Of a stretch of 64,000 nucleotides of DNA, positions 24,235 through 36,894 are shown piece after piece. A program made the position numbers and the translations under genes. The stretch lies in assembly GCA_002269645.1 (NCBI GenBank), contig NIVC01001597.1:1-64000 (forward strand), given 5' to 3'. Every line of letters starts with the position of its first letter. The first letter of the stretch is position 1. The notes under the pieces were generated by a model. It was not told where the DNA came from. It did no database searches and was given only the letters and a program-made list of their open reading frames with translations. This DNA comes from Macrostomum lignano (taxonomy: Eukaryota).

Positions 24235-26572
24235 TAATGATTAATTGTTAAAGACGCTTATAATTTCGACGCTTTGCTACCGATGCTATTTAAGCTGAGC
24301 TGTATTGATTTTATTGTATGTACGAGCGTAAGCTTTATACTGACGTATGTGTTATGGCATCTTCTCCGGTATAGAATGGTGTTCGATAATGTTACGCCGT
24401 AAATAGCTGGCTAAATGCTTTTTAAGAATATAAGAACATCTAGAAGGTTTTCCCTATCCAGTCGGACTTTTTTGCCGTCACATTTGAAAAAAAGAAAAAA
24501 AGCAGATTTTGTTATTATTTAATTTAAGATTGTCGGTTTAGTTCAAACCAAGCTTAAACTTTTCTACCGGCAAGCAGCTAAAAATTTGTTTTATTTTAAA
24601 AGCAGAATCGACGATATTGTTTTAAAAGCACCGTTAACTACTCGTAATAATTCGCGTGTGACCTGTTGAATAAGTATTTTTCGTTTATGCGAACGTAAGA
24701 GCGTATAAATTTCAATCTAGATATTGGACGTTCCCTCGTTCGTTTTAACTATTGCTTCTGCTGACTATTTTTATAATATTTTTTGCTCAGAATGTCTGTG
24801 ATTTAAAATTACGTTTTTTGTAACTTCCTGCCTCAAATTTTGTCGAGTATTTTGAAAACCGGAACATTTTTGATACTTTTTTGGCCAAAAAATATAACGA
24901 GGCGTTTCTGAGTGATATCGACCAGACTGAATGCCTAGTGCTCGCTTCTGTTCCTCACAAATTCTCAAGTTCAAGACCGACGTCGGGATAAAATTCTCGA
25001 TGCACTTCATTTTCGCCCTCTTTCCCACCCTCCCCCACTTTCCTGTCCATTAATCCTGATTATTTTGCGTGTGTCACGGGGTTAGATGGCTTAGATGGGT
25101 TAGATAGTCTTTCTCGGCCCATCGAAACCCACCCCACTTTCCTATCCCCACACTAACCCCAATTAATCGCGTGTGTGGCGGGGCTAGAGGGCCGTCTTTA
25201 TCGGCCCGTCGACACCCACCTACCTCACTTTGTTATACCGCTATTTATTGATCGTTATTTCAATGGCATGACGTTGGACCAAATACATACATTACAGTCT
25301 AAATTTATACAGTTTATATTGATTGTAATATTTTCGGTAACAAACAAGGTGGGGTAGCAAAAACTTTACTATATCGCACCGTCATAACTGATAAATTTCT
25401 CGGAACAAAATATACAATGCATGCTACTTTTTGGAATCGTGTTATGTGTACAAAGTAGTATTCTTAGGACATTGCACTAAAATGAATACGATAATTGGGC
25501 AACTGTTGGGTTATAAGTTATAAAAAGCTATTCATACATTATCACAGCGCGTAGTTTTTGAAAAGACAGCGCAGCGCTCGCATCACCCACCCATCTAGCA
25601 AGTGACCCACCCACTTTGAAGAAACAATAGTGGAATTTTTTAACTCAGCCCTGTCAGAATTTTTTAAATAGAGCTACTCATATTTTTCTGAAACGGCGCA
25701 GATAAACAAAAGTTAATCATCTTATCTGCACGCATAAGCTTCATGATTGCGTAAGGAATATCTGCATAGGCTGTTTTGTACTCAACTCCAAAGAATTCAT
25801 TTAGATAGACGTAAATAGCCTTCTATAGTGAATAATGATCGTTTATAAAGCTCAACTAAAAGCAACAGAAAGGACAGAAAAGATTAATGAGACGACGTCT
25901 TAGCAGGTGAATGCGGGGCTAAATCTCTCGCGCATTCCTGAGACTTCAAAATAAAATTGCATGACGAGGCCGCGGGCTTGTTGTGCCAACAAGTTGCATG
26001 CGCCAAGATAACAAAGTTAGCGGGCGCACCCAGAAAGATGAAAAAATATGCTCGCGACATTAGCCGAACTTATGGGAAGCTAAAATCACCCGTATTTCGG
26101 TCGAGAAGCAGGGATAAATGAAGTCAAGCAGTCTTGACCATTATGCTGAATTTCGATGATGTGAGCTTCTGTCACGTGCTCACTTGCTCACTTATCCAGA
26201 ATTAATAGAATCGTGTGTCGAATGACATAAACATATTATCAATATAAGAGTTCTGTGAACCCGAGACCGACCATTCACATTCAACGCTTAGTGTATCTTT
26301 TGAACTCTGTTATTTTGCAACAGAGTCATACTAGCTGTTTAGATTATAGTCGTACGCTAGCACACAACCCAGTCTCACCCGGGCCTCACAGTTGTTTGCT
26401 AATTGTTGTTATTCGGTCAGCAAGTCTCGTAGGCGAATGCGCGATAGCGGTAGACGCACTGTCGGACTGCTCAACTATAAATAGGGTGAATATTGCTCAG
26501 AAGATAAATGGTTTTTTGTAAGCTTTTGAGACAACGCTTCAAGAAAGTTAGCTGCTGTTGGTGTCAAGAAAA

Positions 26573-29500
26573 ATGTTGGTGCCCAAGTTTGCGCTGCTAC
26601 TAGCGCTGCTGCTTTCGTTGCGTCCGTTTGGTGGTAAGGTTTTCATGACTTGGCTACAGACTTCCAATCTCTGAATAAAATATCTCATTTTAAATCATTA
26701 TTTGCAGCCTCAGCGTCAACAACAGCAAGATCTGATGAACCAGCAGCTAACACAGCGTCACCAGGTAAAAATGGCCGAATTTTCATAATTCATAACTCGT
26801 GCAAGCCGACTAATTGAATGGATAAACTGAATAAATATACATGCCAAATTTCCAGAAACCTCCCAGCTAGTTTCTACACTTCCACCCATCGAGCCAGCAA
26901 CCGAGGCTATTGTAAACGGATCTGGCACTCCCGCACTCGAGACTAGCACTCCAGCATCCGAGACTGGCACTCCAGCACCCGAGACTGGCACTCCAGCACC
27001 CGAGACTGGCACTCCAGCACCCGAGACTGGCACTCCAGCACCCGAGACTGGCACTCCATCACCCGAGACTGCCACCGATCTTACAGCAGAGACACAAGAA
27101 CCGACTATGCCAGCTACAGCAATGACAAATGACGCAGGATCAACTCACGAAGGCAGTACACCGATGCCTGAAGCTACTGGTTCAACACCTGAAGCACCCA
27201 CACCGATGCCTGAGGCTACTGGATCAACACCTGAAGCGCCCACACCGATGCCTGAGGCTACTGGTTCAACACCTGAAGCACCCACACCGATGCCTCAGGC
27301 CACTGGATCAAAACCTGAAGCGCCCACACCGATGCCTCAGGCCACTGGATCAACACCTGAAGCGCCCACACCGATGCATGAGGCTACTGGTTCAACACCT
27401 GAAGCGCCCACACCGATGCATGAAGCTACTGGTTCAACACCTGAAGCGCCCACACCGATGCCTGAAGCTACTGGTTCAACACCTGAAGCGCCCACACCGA
27501 TGTCTGAAGCTACTGGTTCAACACCTGAAGCGCCCACACCGATGTCTGAAGCTACTGGTTCAACACCTGAAGCACCCACACCGATGCCTGAGGCTACTGG
27601 TTCAACACCTGAAGCACCCACACCGGTGACTGAGGCTACTAGTTCAACACCTGAAGCACCCACACCGATGCATGAGGCTACTGGATCAACACCTGAAGCA
27701 CCCACACCGATGCCTGAGGCTACTGGATCAACACCTGAAGCACCCACACCGATGCCTGAGGCTACTGGATCAACACCTGAAGCGCCCACACCGATGCCTG
27801 AGGCTACTGGATCAACACCTGAAGCACCCACACCGATGCCTGAGGCTACTGGATCAACACCTGAAGCGCCCACACCGATGCCTGAGGCTACTGGTTCAAC
27901 ACCTGAAGCACCCACACCGGTGACTGAGGCTACTAGTTCAACACCTGAAGCACCCACACCGATGCATGAGGCTACTGGATCAACACCTGAAGCGCCCACA
28001 CCGATGCCTGAGGCTACTGGATCAACACCTGAAGCGCCCACACCGATGCATGAGGCTACTGGTTCAACACCTGAAGCGCCCACACCGATGCATGAAGCTA
28101 CTGGTTCAACACCTGAAGCGCCCACACCGATGCCTGAGGCTACTGGTTCAACACCTGAAGCACCCACACCGGTGACTGAGGCTACTGGTTCAACACCTGA
28201 AGCACCCACACCGATGCCTCAGGCTACTGGATCAACACCTGAAGCGCCCACACCGATGCCTGAGGCTACTGGATCAACACCTGAAGCGCCCACACCGATG
28301 CCTGAGGCTACTGGATCAACACCTGAAGCGCCCACACCGATGCCTCAGGCCACTGGATCAACACCTGAAGCACCCACACCGATGCCTCAGGCCACTGGAT
28401 CAACACCTGAAGCACCCACACCGATGCCTCAGGCTACTGGATCAACACCTGAAGCGCCCACAACGATGCCTGAGGCTACTGGATCAACACCTGAAGCGCC
28501 CACACCGATGCCTGAGGCTACTGGTTCAACACCTGAAGCGCCCACACCGATGCCTGAGGCTACTGATTCAACACCTGAAGCACCCACACAGATGCCTGAG
28601 GCTACTGGTTCAACACCTGAAGCGCCCACACCGATGCCTGAGGCTACTGGTTCAACACCTGAAGCGTCCACACCGATGCCTGAAGCTACTGGTTCAACAC
28701 CTGAAGCGCCCACACCGATGCATGAAGCTACTGGTTCAACACCTGAAGCGCCCACACCGATGCCTGAAGCTACTGGTTCAACACCTGAAGCGCCCACACC
28801 GATGTCTGAAGCTACTGGTTCAACACCTGAAGCACCCACACCGATATCTGAAGCTACTGGTTCAACACCTGAAGCACCCACACCGATGCCTGAGGCTACT
28901 GGTTCAACACCTGAAGCACCCACACCGGTGACTGAGGCTACTAGTTCAACACATGAAGCACCCACACCGATGCATGAGGCTACTGGATCAACACCTGAAG
29001 CACCCACACCGATGCCTGAGGCTACTGGATCAACACCTGAAGCACCCACACCGATGCCTGAGGCTACTGGATCAACACCTGAAGCGCCCACACCGATGCC
29101 TGAGGCTACTGGTTCAACACCTGAAGCGCCCACACCGGTGCCTGAAACCACAGGATCAACTCAAGTCAGCCCACCGGTGACTGAGGCAACCGGTTCAACA
29201 CCTGAAGCACCCACACCGATGCCTGAGGCTACTGGTTCAACACCTGAAGCGCCCTCACCGGTGCCTGAAGCCACAGGATCAACTGAAGAAGTCAGCACAC
29301 CGGTGCCTGAAGCTACTGCCTCGACGCCTGTCGTGTCTTACTGGGAAGTGCTTTGCCGAAATTTGATGCCAGGCGAGCCGTACAAGCCGGAATATGGCGA
29401 CTTGGCATCGGGAGACGCTCAAGCTTTGAGCGATGATGTGAAAGCGTTTGTAAGTTAATGACACCTGTGCTTAAACACCTTACTGTGTGCGGTTATTACA

Positions 29501-32500
29501 GACACATTTTCACAACCTACACAGCTTCTGTCTATAAGTTTACAAGCTTCAAATTAGGGAAAAGAGTTATGGAATCACTTCACAATTCCTAATTTCACAA
29601 CTCCTAAATTTTACAATCCCTAAACTTTAATTCCTCAAGAGGCTCAATCTACAAAATTCACAATTCCAGAACTTCACAATCCACAAACTTCTCAATCCCA
29701 AAGTTCACAATCCCTAAACTTCACAATCCCCAAGCTTCACAATCCCCAAGCTTCACAATCCCCAAGCGTCACAATCCCCAAGCTTCACAATCCCCATGCC
29801 TAACAATCCCAAGCCTCACAATCCCAAGCTTCACAATCCCCAAACTTCACAATCCCAAGCTTCACAATCCCCATGCCTAACAATCACAAGCCTCACAATC
29901 CCCAAGCTTCACAATCCCCAAGCTTCACAATCCCCAAGCTTCACAATCCCCAAGCTTCACAATCCCCAAGCTTCACAATCCCCAAGCTTCACAATCCCCA
30001 AACTTCACAATCCCGATGCCTAACAATCCCAAGCTTCACAATCCCCAAGCTTCACAATCCCCAAGCCTCACAATCCCCAAGCTTCACAATCCCCAAGCTT
30101 CACTATACCCAAGCTTCACAATACCCAAGCTTCACAATCCCCAAGCTTCACAATCCCCAAACTTCACAATCCCGATGCCTAACAATCCCAAGCTTCACAA
30201 TCCCCAAGCTTCACAATCCCCAAGCTTCACAATACCCAAGCTTCACAATACCCAAGCTTCACAATCCCCAAGCTTCACAATCCCCAAACTTCACAATCCC
30301 GATGCCTAACAATCCCAAGCTTCACAATCCCCAAGCTTCACAATACCCAAGCCTCACAATCCCCAAGCTTCACAATCCCCAAGCTTCACAATCCCCAAGC
30401 TTCACAATACCCAAGCTTCACAATACCCAAGCCTCACAATCCCCAAGCTTCACAATCCCCAAGCCTCACAATCCCCAAGCTTCACAATACCCAAGCTTCA
30501 CAATACCCAAGCCTCACAATCCCCAAACTTCACGTTTAACAGACTCCACAATCCCCGTTACATTACTTTAATGATGAGTTTATCATCAATATTAAACCCG
30601 CACCTGAAGTACATACATGTATCACCGGTTTGAAGAAATGGCATGGACATCAAAAATGAAAATTTGCATTTCAGCTCCAAGAAGCGTTCATCATTTCTGG
30701 CAACAACGATTTGAAAAACTCAGAAATTGACATCGTTGGCTTCGGCAACTCCGGCGGCTCTGTGCAAGTTAACTACGTGCTGAAGATGCCCAGGAGCCCT
30801 ACTCAAACTTCTCTTGAGTTCCTCAAGTTCTACATTGACTTTGGAATTCGCATCTATCAATCATCTGGCAGTAGAAAGATAACAGTACAGGCCGATACAA
30901 AAGTGCAAGGTAATTTTCACAGGCCAATGCATTGCAGAATGGACAATGGACAGTGTATAAATTAATATGCAAACATTTTCAGACTACTCCGGGCTCTTTA
31001 CACTGCCGCCCATCCAGTCAGCAACCGAGACTGGCACTCCAGTACCCGAGACTGGTACTACGTCAACTGAGACTGGCACTCCTGCACCGGAGACTGGCAC
31101 TCCAGTATCCGAGACTGGCACTCCAGTACCCGAGACTGGCACTCCAGTACCCGAGACTGGCACTCCAGTACCCGAGACTGGTACTACGTCAACTGAGACT
31201 GGCACTCCTGCACCGGAGACTGGCACTCCAGTATCCGAGACTGGCACTCCAGTACCCGAGACTGGCACTCCAGTACCCGAGACTGGCACTCCAGTACCCG
31301 AGACTGGCACTCCAGTACCCGAGACTGGCACTTCAGAACCTGAAACTGGCTCTCCGACTTCTGAGACTGGCACTCCGGCATCCCAGACTGCCACCGATCT
31401 TACAGCAGAGACACAAGAACCGACTATGCCAGCTACAGCAATGACAAAGGTCGCAGGATCAACTCATGAAAGCAGTACACAGATGCCTGAGGCTACTGGT
31501 TCAACACCTGAAGCGCCCACACCGATGCCTGAGGCTACTGGATCAACACCTGAAGCGCCCACACCGATGCCTGAGGCTACTGGTTCAACACCTGAAGCGC
31601 CCACACCGATGCCTGAGGCTACTGATTCAACACCTGAAGCACCCACACAGATGCCTGAGGCTACTGGTTCAACACCTGAAGCGCCCACACCGATGCCTGA
31701 GGCTACTGGTTCAACACCTGAAGCGTCCACACCGATGCCTGAAGCTACTGGTTCAACACCTGAAGCGCCCACACCGATGCCTGAGGCTACTGGTTCAACA
31801 CCTGAAGCACCCACACCGATGCCTCAGGCTACTGGATCAACGCCTGAAGCGACCTCACCGATGCCTCAGGCTACTGGATCAACGCCTGAAGCGACCACAC
31901 CGATGCCTCAGGCTACAGGATCAACGCCTGAAGCGACCTCACCGATGCCTCAGGCTACTGGTTCAACACCTGAAGCGACCTCACCGATGCCTCAGGCTAC
32001 TGAATCAATGCCTGAAGCGACCACAATAAAGCCTGAAGTTACTTTATCGACGCGTGAAGCGACTGGATTGTCGCCGGACCCAACTGCAACGCCGTCAGTG
32101 CCTGAGGCTTCACCAACGTCTCAAAAATCAACAACATTAAGTGCTTCGATGACATCAGAGGCAGCGACATCAACTTCAATGATTAGTCAAAGAATGACGG
32201 AGTCAACAACAACAGCACTCCAACCTGCCACGTCTACTACCAAGTCTGCTTCGGTGCCGACCACAACCGTAACGACTTCTGCTACAACTGCGCCGGCGTT
32301 TTGCCTGCCTTCCAGTTGCAGATTTGGCGGTCGCTGCGTCAACGGCTTTTGCAGATGCAGACCGTTCCGAGGGGGATGGCGCTGCGAAAAGAGTAAGCTC
32401 TAAGAATATATATACTGTGTATAGATATTTCTATTCGAAAACCTAACGAAGCTGATATGATACGAACTAACTTTAAATAGTAAACGCCCTAACCAAAAAT

Positions 32501-34920
32501 AACACTTTGCCGTCGATGGGCGAGACAAGTTAATGTTCAGAGTAGTCCTTGACAATGTACAGCCAAGCCTTCGTATACACAAACGGCTCCCTATACTGGG
32601 ATGGTAAAGCTTTGCATACCTTTGAGATTTAAACTGGCAGCGATAGTCTATGGTCAGCCATGTAGCAGCGATAGTCTAAGGCCAGCCCTGTGGCAGCAAT
32701 AGTCTAAGGTCAGCCCTGTGGCAGCAATAGTCTAAGGCCAGCCCTGTGGCAGCAATAGTCTAAGGTCAGCCCTGTGGCAGCAATAGTCTAAGGCCAGCCC
32801 TGTGGCAGCAATAGTCTAAGGCCAGCCCTGTGGCAGCGATAGTCTAAGGCCAGCCCTGTGGCAGCAATAGTCTAAGGCCAGCCCTGTGGCAGCGATAGTC
32901 TAAGGCCAGCCCTGTGGCAGCAATAGTCTAAGGCCAGCCCTGTGGCAGCGATAGTCTATGGTCAGCCCTGCTGACCACGTCGGCGAGAACAGATTTCAAT
33001 CTGTTTCCAGGCTTCATCAAAAGACGTAATCATGCATGTTTAGCTGATAATGGGCAGATGCTGTCTATGGTTTTTATCTGTGTGTATAGCTTTTAGCCGG
33101 TGCTTGAATCGAATGTAAAAAGAATTAACTGACGGTTTCTGTTGGTTACGGAATGAGGGCTTAAGAGTGGCGAACAGGATTTCACCGAACCTTTTAATCA
33201 TGACCAAAAAACCACCGCCGCATTCGCAGGGCGAACCAAGGTGAACTGTCGGAACCGAATGCCCAGAGAGATTTTTCGCGACATCTATCGCGACCTGCTG
33301 GCTGAAATCACCCTCCTTTTTTGGAGGATTGTTATGGAGTTTGTAAGTATTTTGTTCACGATTCGTGGGCTGGAACTTGGCTGGAGAATATTTCCAATAA
33401 GATACGTACTCGTACAATGATTGCCTGCCCTCCGCGCCTTTCATCAGCTGCTAAGCAGTTTCCGCATGTCGGCCAGCGCGTCATTCAGAGAGGCGGACTT
33501 CAATCTGCAGTTAAGAGGCTTCGACGAAGGCTCGGTTGTGGTTCGGTACACCCTGCAGTTTGACATGCCGGATTCTGGCCAGCCTCCGATGACGCTGGAC
33601 GCGATTAAGTCAGCCATCGATTCGGGCATTGCAGCCTACAGCAGTACGAATAGCAGCAACCTCACTATGGAGGCCAATACCACAGTTACGGGTAAGCGTT
33701 CTATGATTCAGGCCTTAAATTGATAAGGCCACATCATACTCGTAATTTGGAGTTCGAGCACGGAGACCATGTTGATGAAGACACTTGCTGCTGTTGAAGA
33801 CAATGAGAAAATCAGGGCTGCTGTAACACCATCTTAGGCTGCGTGTGATTTCTCTCACGAGTCCGCGATATGGACACACCATCTGCTTTCCTTATCACCT
33901 TGACAGGGTCATCAGCTGCAACTTTCTGCATTACTCTCACAAATCTATCAGACTCCGTCACTTTGAAAACCCGCAGCTTACAACTACTGCGCCGACAGCA
34001 CCACTCCAGCAGCCTGTTCTCAGTTTGCCAACTGCACCCTGGAGCCGAGCATCAGCAGCTACAGCTGCTCCTGCTTCACCGGCTTCCGTGATGACGATAG
34101 CAGCGCGCCGGGCACAACCTGCACCGAGATGTGCACCAGCTCCACAGCCTACTGTTCGGGCAATGGAATCTGTCGAACAAACAGGGACGCTCGCGTCAGC
34201 TGCGAGTGCTTCAGCGGCTACAGCGGAGACTCGTGCCAGACGACCGGGCTAAGTCCAACGTTACTAGCGATCGCTATTGTTGTGCCAATTCTGTTTGTTA
34301 TTATCGTTGTGCTGATCGCGCTGATCGTGTGGATGCATCGTAGGCAGACTCGATTCAAGAAAGCGATGCACCAACTGCAGACTGGGGGCGCAGGTGGCGG
34401 AGAGGACAGAGAAGACGGAGGAGGTCAAGGTCAAGAAGAGGATAACTGGTTGAGAAGTCCATTCGTTCAGCTGCCATGGGTGAGTGCGCGTGAAGTCTGC
34501 CAACTGACCTGGGCGATCGATATGGAGATGGCACTCTTTTCTTGAGACGTCCCATTTAAAGCTGCTACAAGCGTAATCTTTTTTGAATCAAGCCTGCGAA
34601 ACTCTGTAGCTTAGACTTGTAGGAAACGATCTGAACCATGGGTCTTGTTTAAAATTCTTCAAAGTTTCGAAGTTGTTGTACAGAGACGCCGGGGTCCTTA
34701 GTGATGAACATTATTCTGCAGGTCACGTAAAGTAAGGACTTAAAGTAAGTCTATCCAATCTCTTAACCAATAAATAAACTCATCTTTCTCCAAGGACAAA
34801 ATGCCGAGAGCCAACCTATCAACGGAGCATCCGAAAGCGCGTCGTTTAGCCGAAGAAGACTCAGCCGCCGAGTCCGGCGGTGTAGAAGGCGAAGCCTACA
34901 GTCCTAGCCAGCTGTTCTGA
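26573..34920 (+). CDS. Multi-SEA/EGF type-I transmembrane mucin, gene B (paralog of gene A)
   Basis: Exons: 26573-26633 (signal peptide MLVPKFALLLALLLSLRPFG), 26708-26764, 26856-29449, 30675-30909, 30983-32392, 33229-33342, 33448-33691, 33977-34479, 34795-34920 (TGA). All are GT-AG and phase-compatible. Order: SP-PTS-SEA-PTS-EGF-SEA(FDEGSVVV)-EGF-EGF-TM(LLAIAIVVPILFVIIVVLIALIVWM)-tail ending YSPSQLF. The membrane-proximal part aligns with gene A (CRNRMP, YCSGNGxCRTN, CFSGYxGDxC, xPRA). Confidence 0.9.
26925..29320 (+). repeat. Coding VNTRs of gene B: 21-bp (ETGTPAP), then 42-bp (PEATGSTPEAPTPM, ~51 copies)
   Basis: ORF 27107-29458 and its upstream in-frame sequence. Confidence 0.95.
29575..30535. 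repeat. 16-bp intronic minisatellite (CTTCACAATCCCCAAG), ~50 copies, in the intron that splits SEA1 of gene B
   Basis: Directly visible. It shares period and CTTCACAA core with the 12.5-kb element. The ORFs 29796-30571 are artefacts of the repeat. Confidence 0.93.
31025..32010 (+). repeat. Second PTS block of gene B: 21-bp (ETGTPVP) and 42-bp units
   Basis: ORF 30967-32403. The linker TATDLTAETQEPTMPATAMT is duplicated from ~27065-27125. Confidence 0.93.
32643..32970. repeat. 28-bp intronic minisatellite, ~11 copies
   Basis: Unit ATAGTCTAAGGCCAGCCCTGTGGCAGCA. Confidence 0.93.
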
Positions 34921-35754
34921 CCTGCAGCTATAGACAAGCACCCCGACTGAGTCATGGACAAAGCAAACAATGAATATTATATTGATCATGTGTGCTCAAC
35001 TAAAACTCCACCTGACGCGCTATGCTACACACTTTCTGAAATATTTTTTCTCTGTTAAGTAATACCTTATCCCGCAAGTCTACCATAAATAAGTGAAATT
35101 GTCAAAACAGATGTCAATCAATCAATCAATCAATTATAATTAAATTTGAGTTGAATCAATCTATTCAACTTTTTCGAACAAAGAAACACCTTTAGACAGG
35201 ATTATAAGTATCAGCACACAGCGAGGCTAATGTAGCACAGTATATTAACTGCATATATAGATATTTATATACGCTAGGGTGCCTATAGAGAAGAAATGAA
35301 ACAGCACACAATAGGAAAGCCTTGCTATAAATTACATTAATAATTATCATTATAGCTACGAGTATTTATTAAAAAGATGGCGGTTAACAATTTGGAGTTA
35401 TTGAACTATCTCTCTCTCTCTCTTTTTCTATCTTCATCTGTGAGCGACAGAAACAGGGGACAAAGTGTGAAACATCTGTACAAATTTAAATTAATTAATT
35501 ATGGTTTTTTGCAGCAGAGTTAGATAATAAGCAGCTAATGTAGCACTCGATTAGTCCATATGCTTACTAGGCATATATTAATTATAATAATAACTGATTA
35601 TTGCATTTACAAAAGCAACTAGGCTGAATTCGCCAACTCGATTCGGGGTTCTGCTGCTGATATTTACGTTGGGATAGCAACCAGCCTTGAGAATGTTACG
35701 AGCTAATTTATTGAGCGATTCATCATTCGTTCCATTGTTTTGCGAATGATTTTT

Positions 35755-36230
35755 GGGTGGCTGTCAGGGTTTGTCCGAGTTTTATATGGGGTGGCTATCC
35801 GGGTTTGTCCGGGTTTTATGAAGTGGTTGTCCGGGTTTTATATGGGGTGGCTGTCCGGGTTTTATATGGGGTGGCTGTTTGGGTTTGTCCAAGTTTTATG
35901 AGGTGGCTGTCCGGGTTTTTAATGGGGTGGCCGTCCGGATTTTATATGGGGTAGCTGTCTAGGTTTGTCCAAGTTTTATGAGGTGGCCGTCGGGGTTTTA
36001 TATGGGTTGGCTGTCCGGGTTTGTCCGGGTTTTATGAGGTGGCTGTTCGGGTTGGTCCGGTTTTATGAGGTGGCTGTCCGGGTTTTAACGGGTTTTATAT
36101 GAGTTGACTGTCCAGGTTTGTCCAGGTTTATATGCGGTAGGTGTCCGGTTTTATCCGAGTTTAATACGGAGTGGGTGTCCGGATTTGTCCGAGTTTAGTA
36201 CGAGGCGACTGTCCGGGTTTGTCCGGATTT
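35755..36230. repeat. Degenerate ~24-35-bp minisatellite (GGGTGGCTGTCCGGGTTTTATATG)
   Basis: Many imperfect copies of the GGCTGTCCGGGTTT core. Confidence 0.8.
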
Positions 36231-36894
36231 TAAAATTGTTTTATAATGTTTTACAATACAATGTCATTAAAACTAAAGGCAAGCAAAATGGTACAGGAAA
36301 CAAAGACCAGAGCACACTTTAATCAATAGCAGAAGAAATCAATACAGCCGATAAATTACAAAAAGAGGGGATCGTGTTGATTCTGCACAAGGCGAGACAA
36401 ACAATCTAAGGCCAAAATATTGGGGGATGCAATTAGCTAATTATATAGATAGAGAGAAATCTCTTGTTCGTTCAGGATTAAACGGGTTCGCCATGTATCA
36501 TTTAATCAAGCATTGCTTAATGAAACTGATGAGTAACTGCCAGAGGACACAAGCAAATAATTAACAAGATAGAACAGCCGAGCTAAACTCGTGGAAGAAG
36601 GCAGATTAAGTTTGTTTTAAAAAAACTGAAACTACTAAATGAGGCAAATATGCAATTTAATAGAAAACATGCTCAACCGATATGTATCGAAAAAGTACTT
36701 TGATTCCTAGCTGCCTCCATGCACTATTTACTCGGCTATTGTTTCTTCATCATCGCTCAATACAACAAATAAAAACCTTGTGCCGCGCTATACTACTTAC
36801 AATGAAGCATATGAATAGGATATTGTACTAACTACTGCTATGAGTAGTGCAACTGAGTACTGCTATCAGTAGTGCAATAGACAGCCAACTATTG

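Noticed and set aside
29796-30571. ORFs of 75-232 aa (PKLHNPQASQS repeats)
   Set aside because: They translate a 16-bp (non-triplet) intronic satellite lying between two exons of one SEA domain.
27129-32029. HLKRPHRCLRLL-type and GVGASGVEPVAS-type ORFs over mucin B
   Set aside because: Same repeat-shadow effect.
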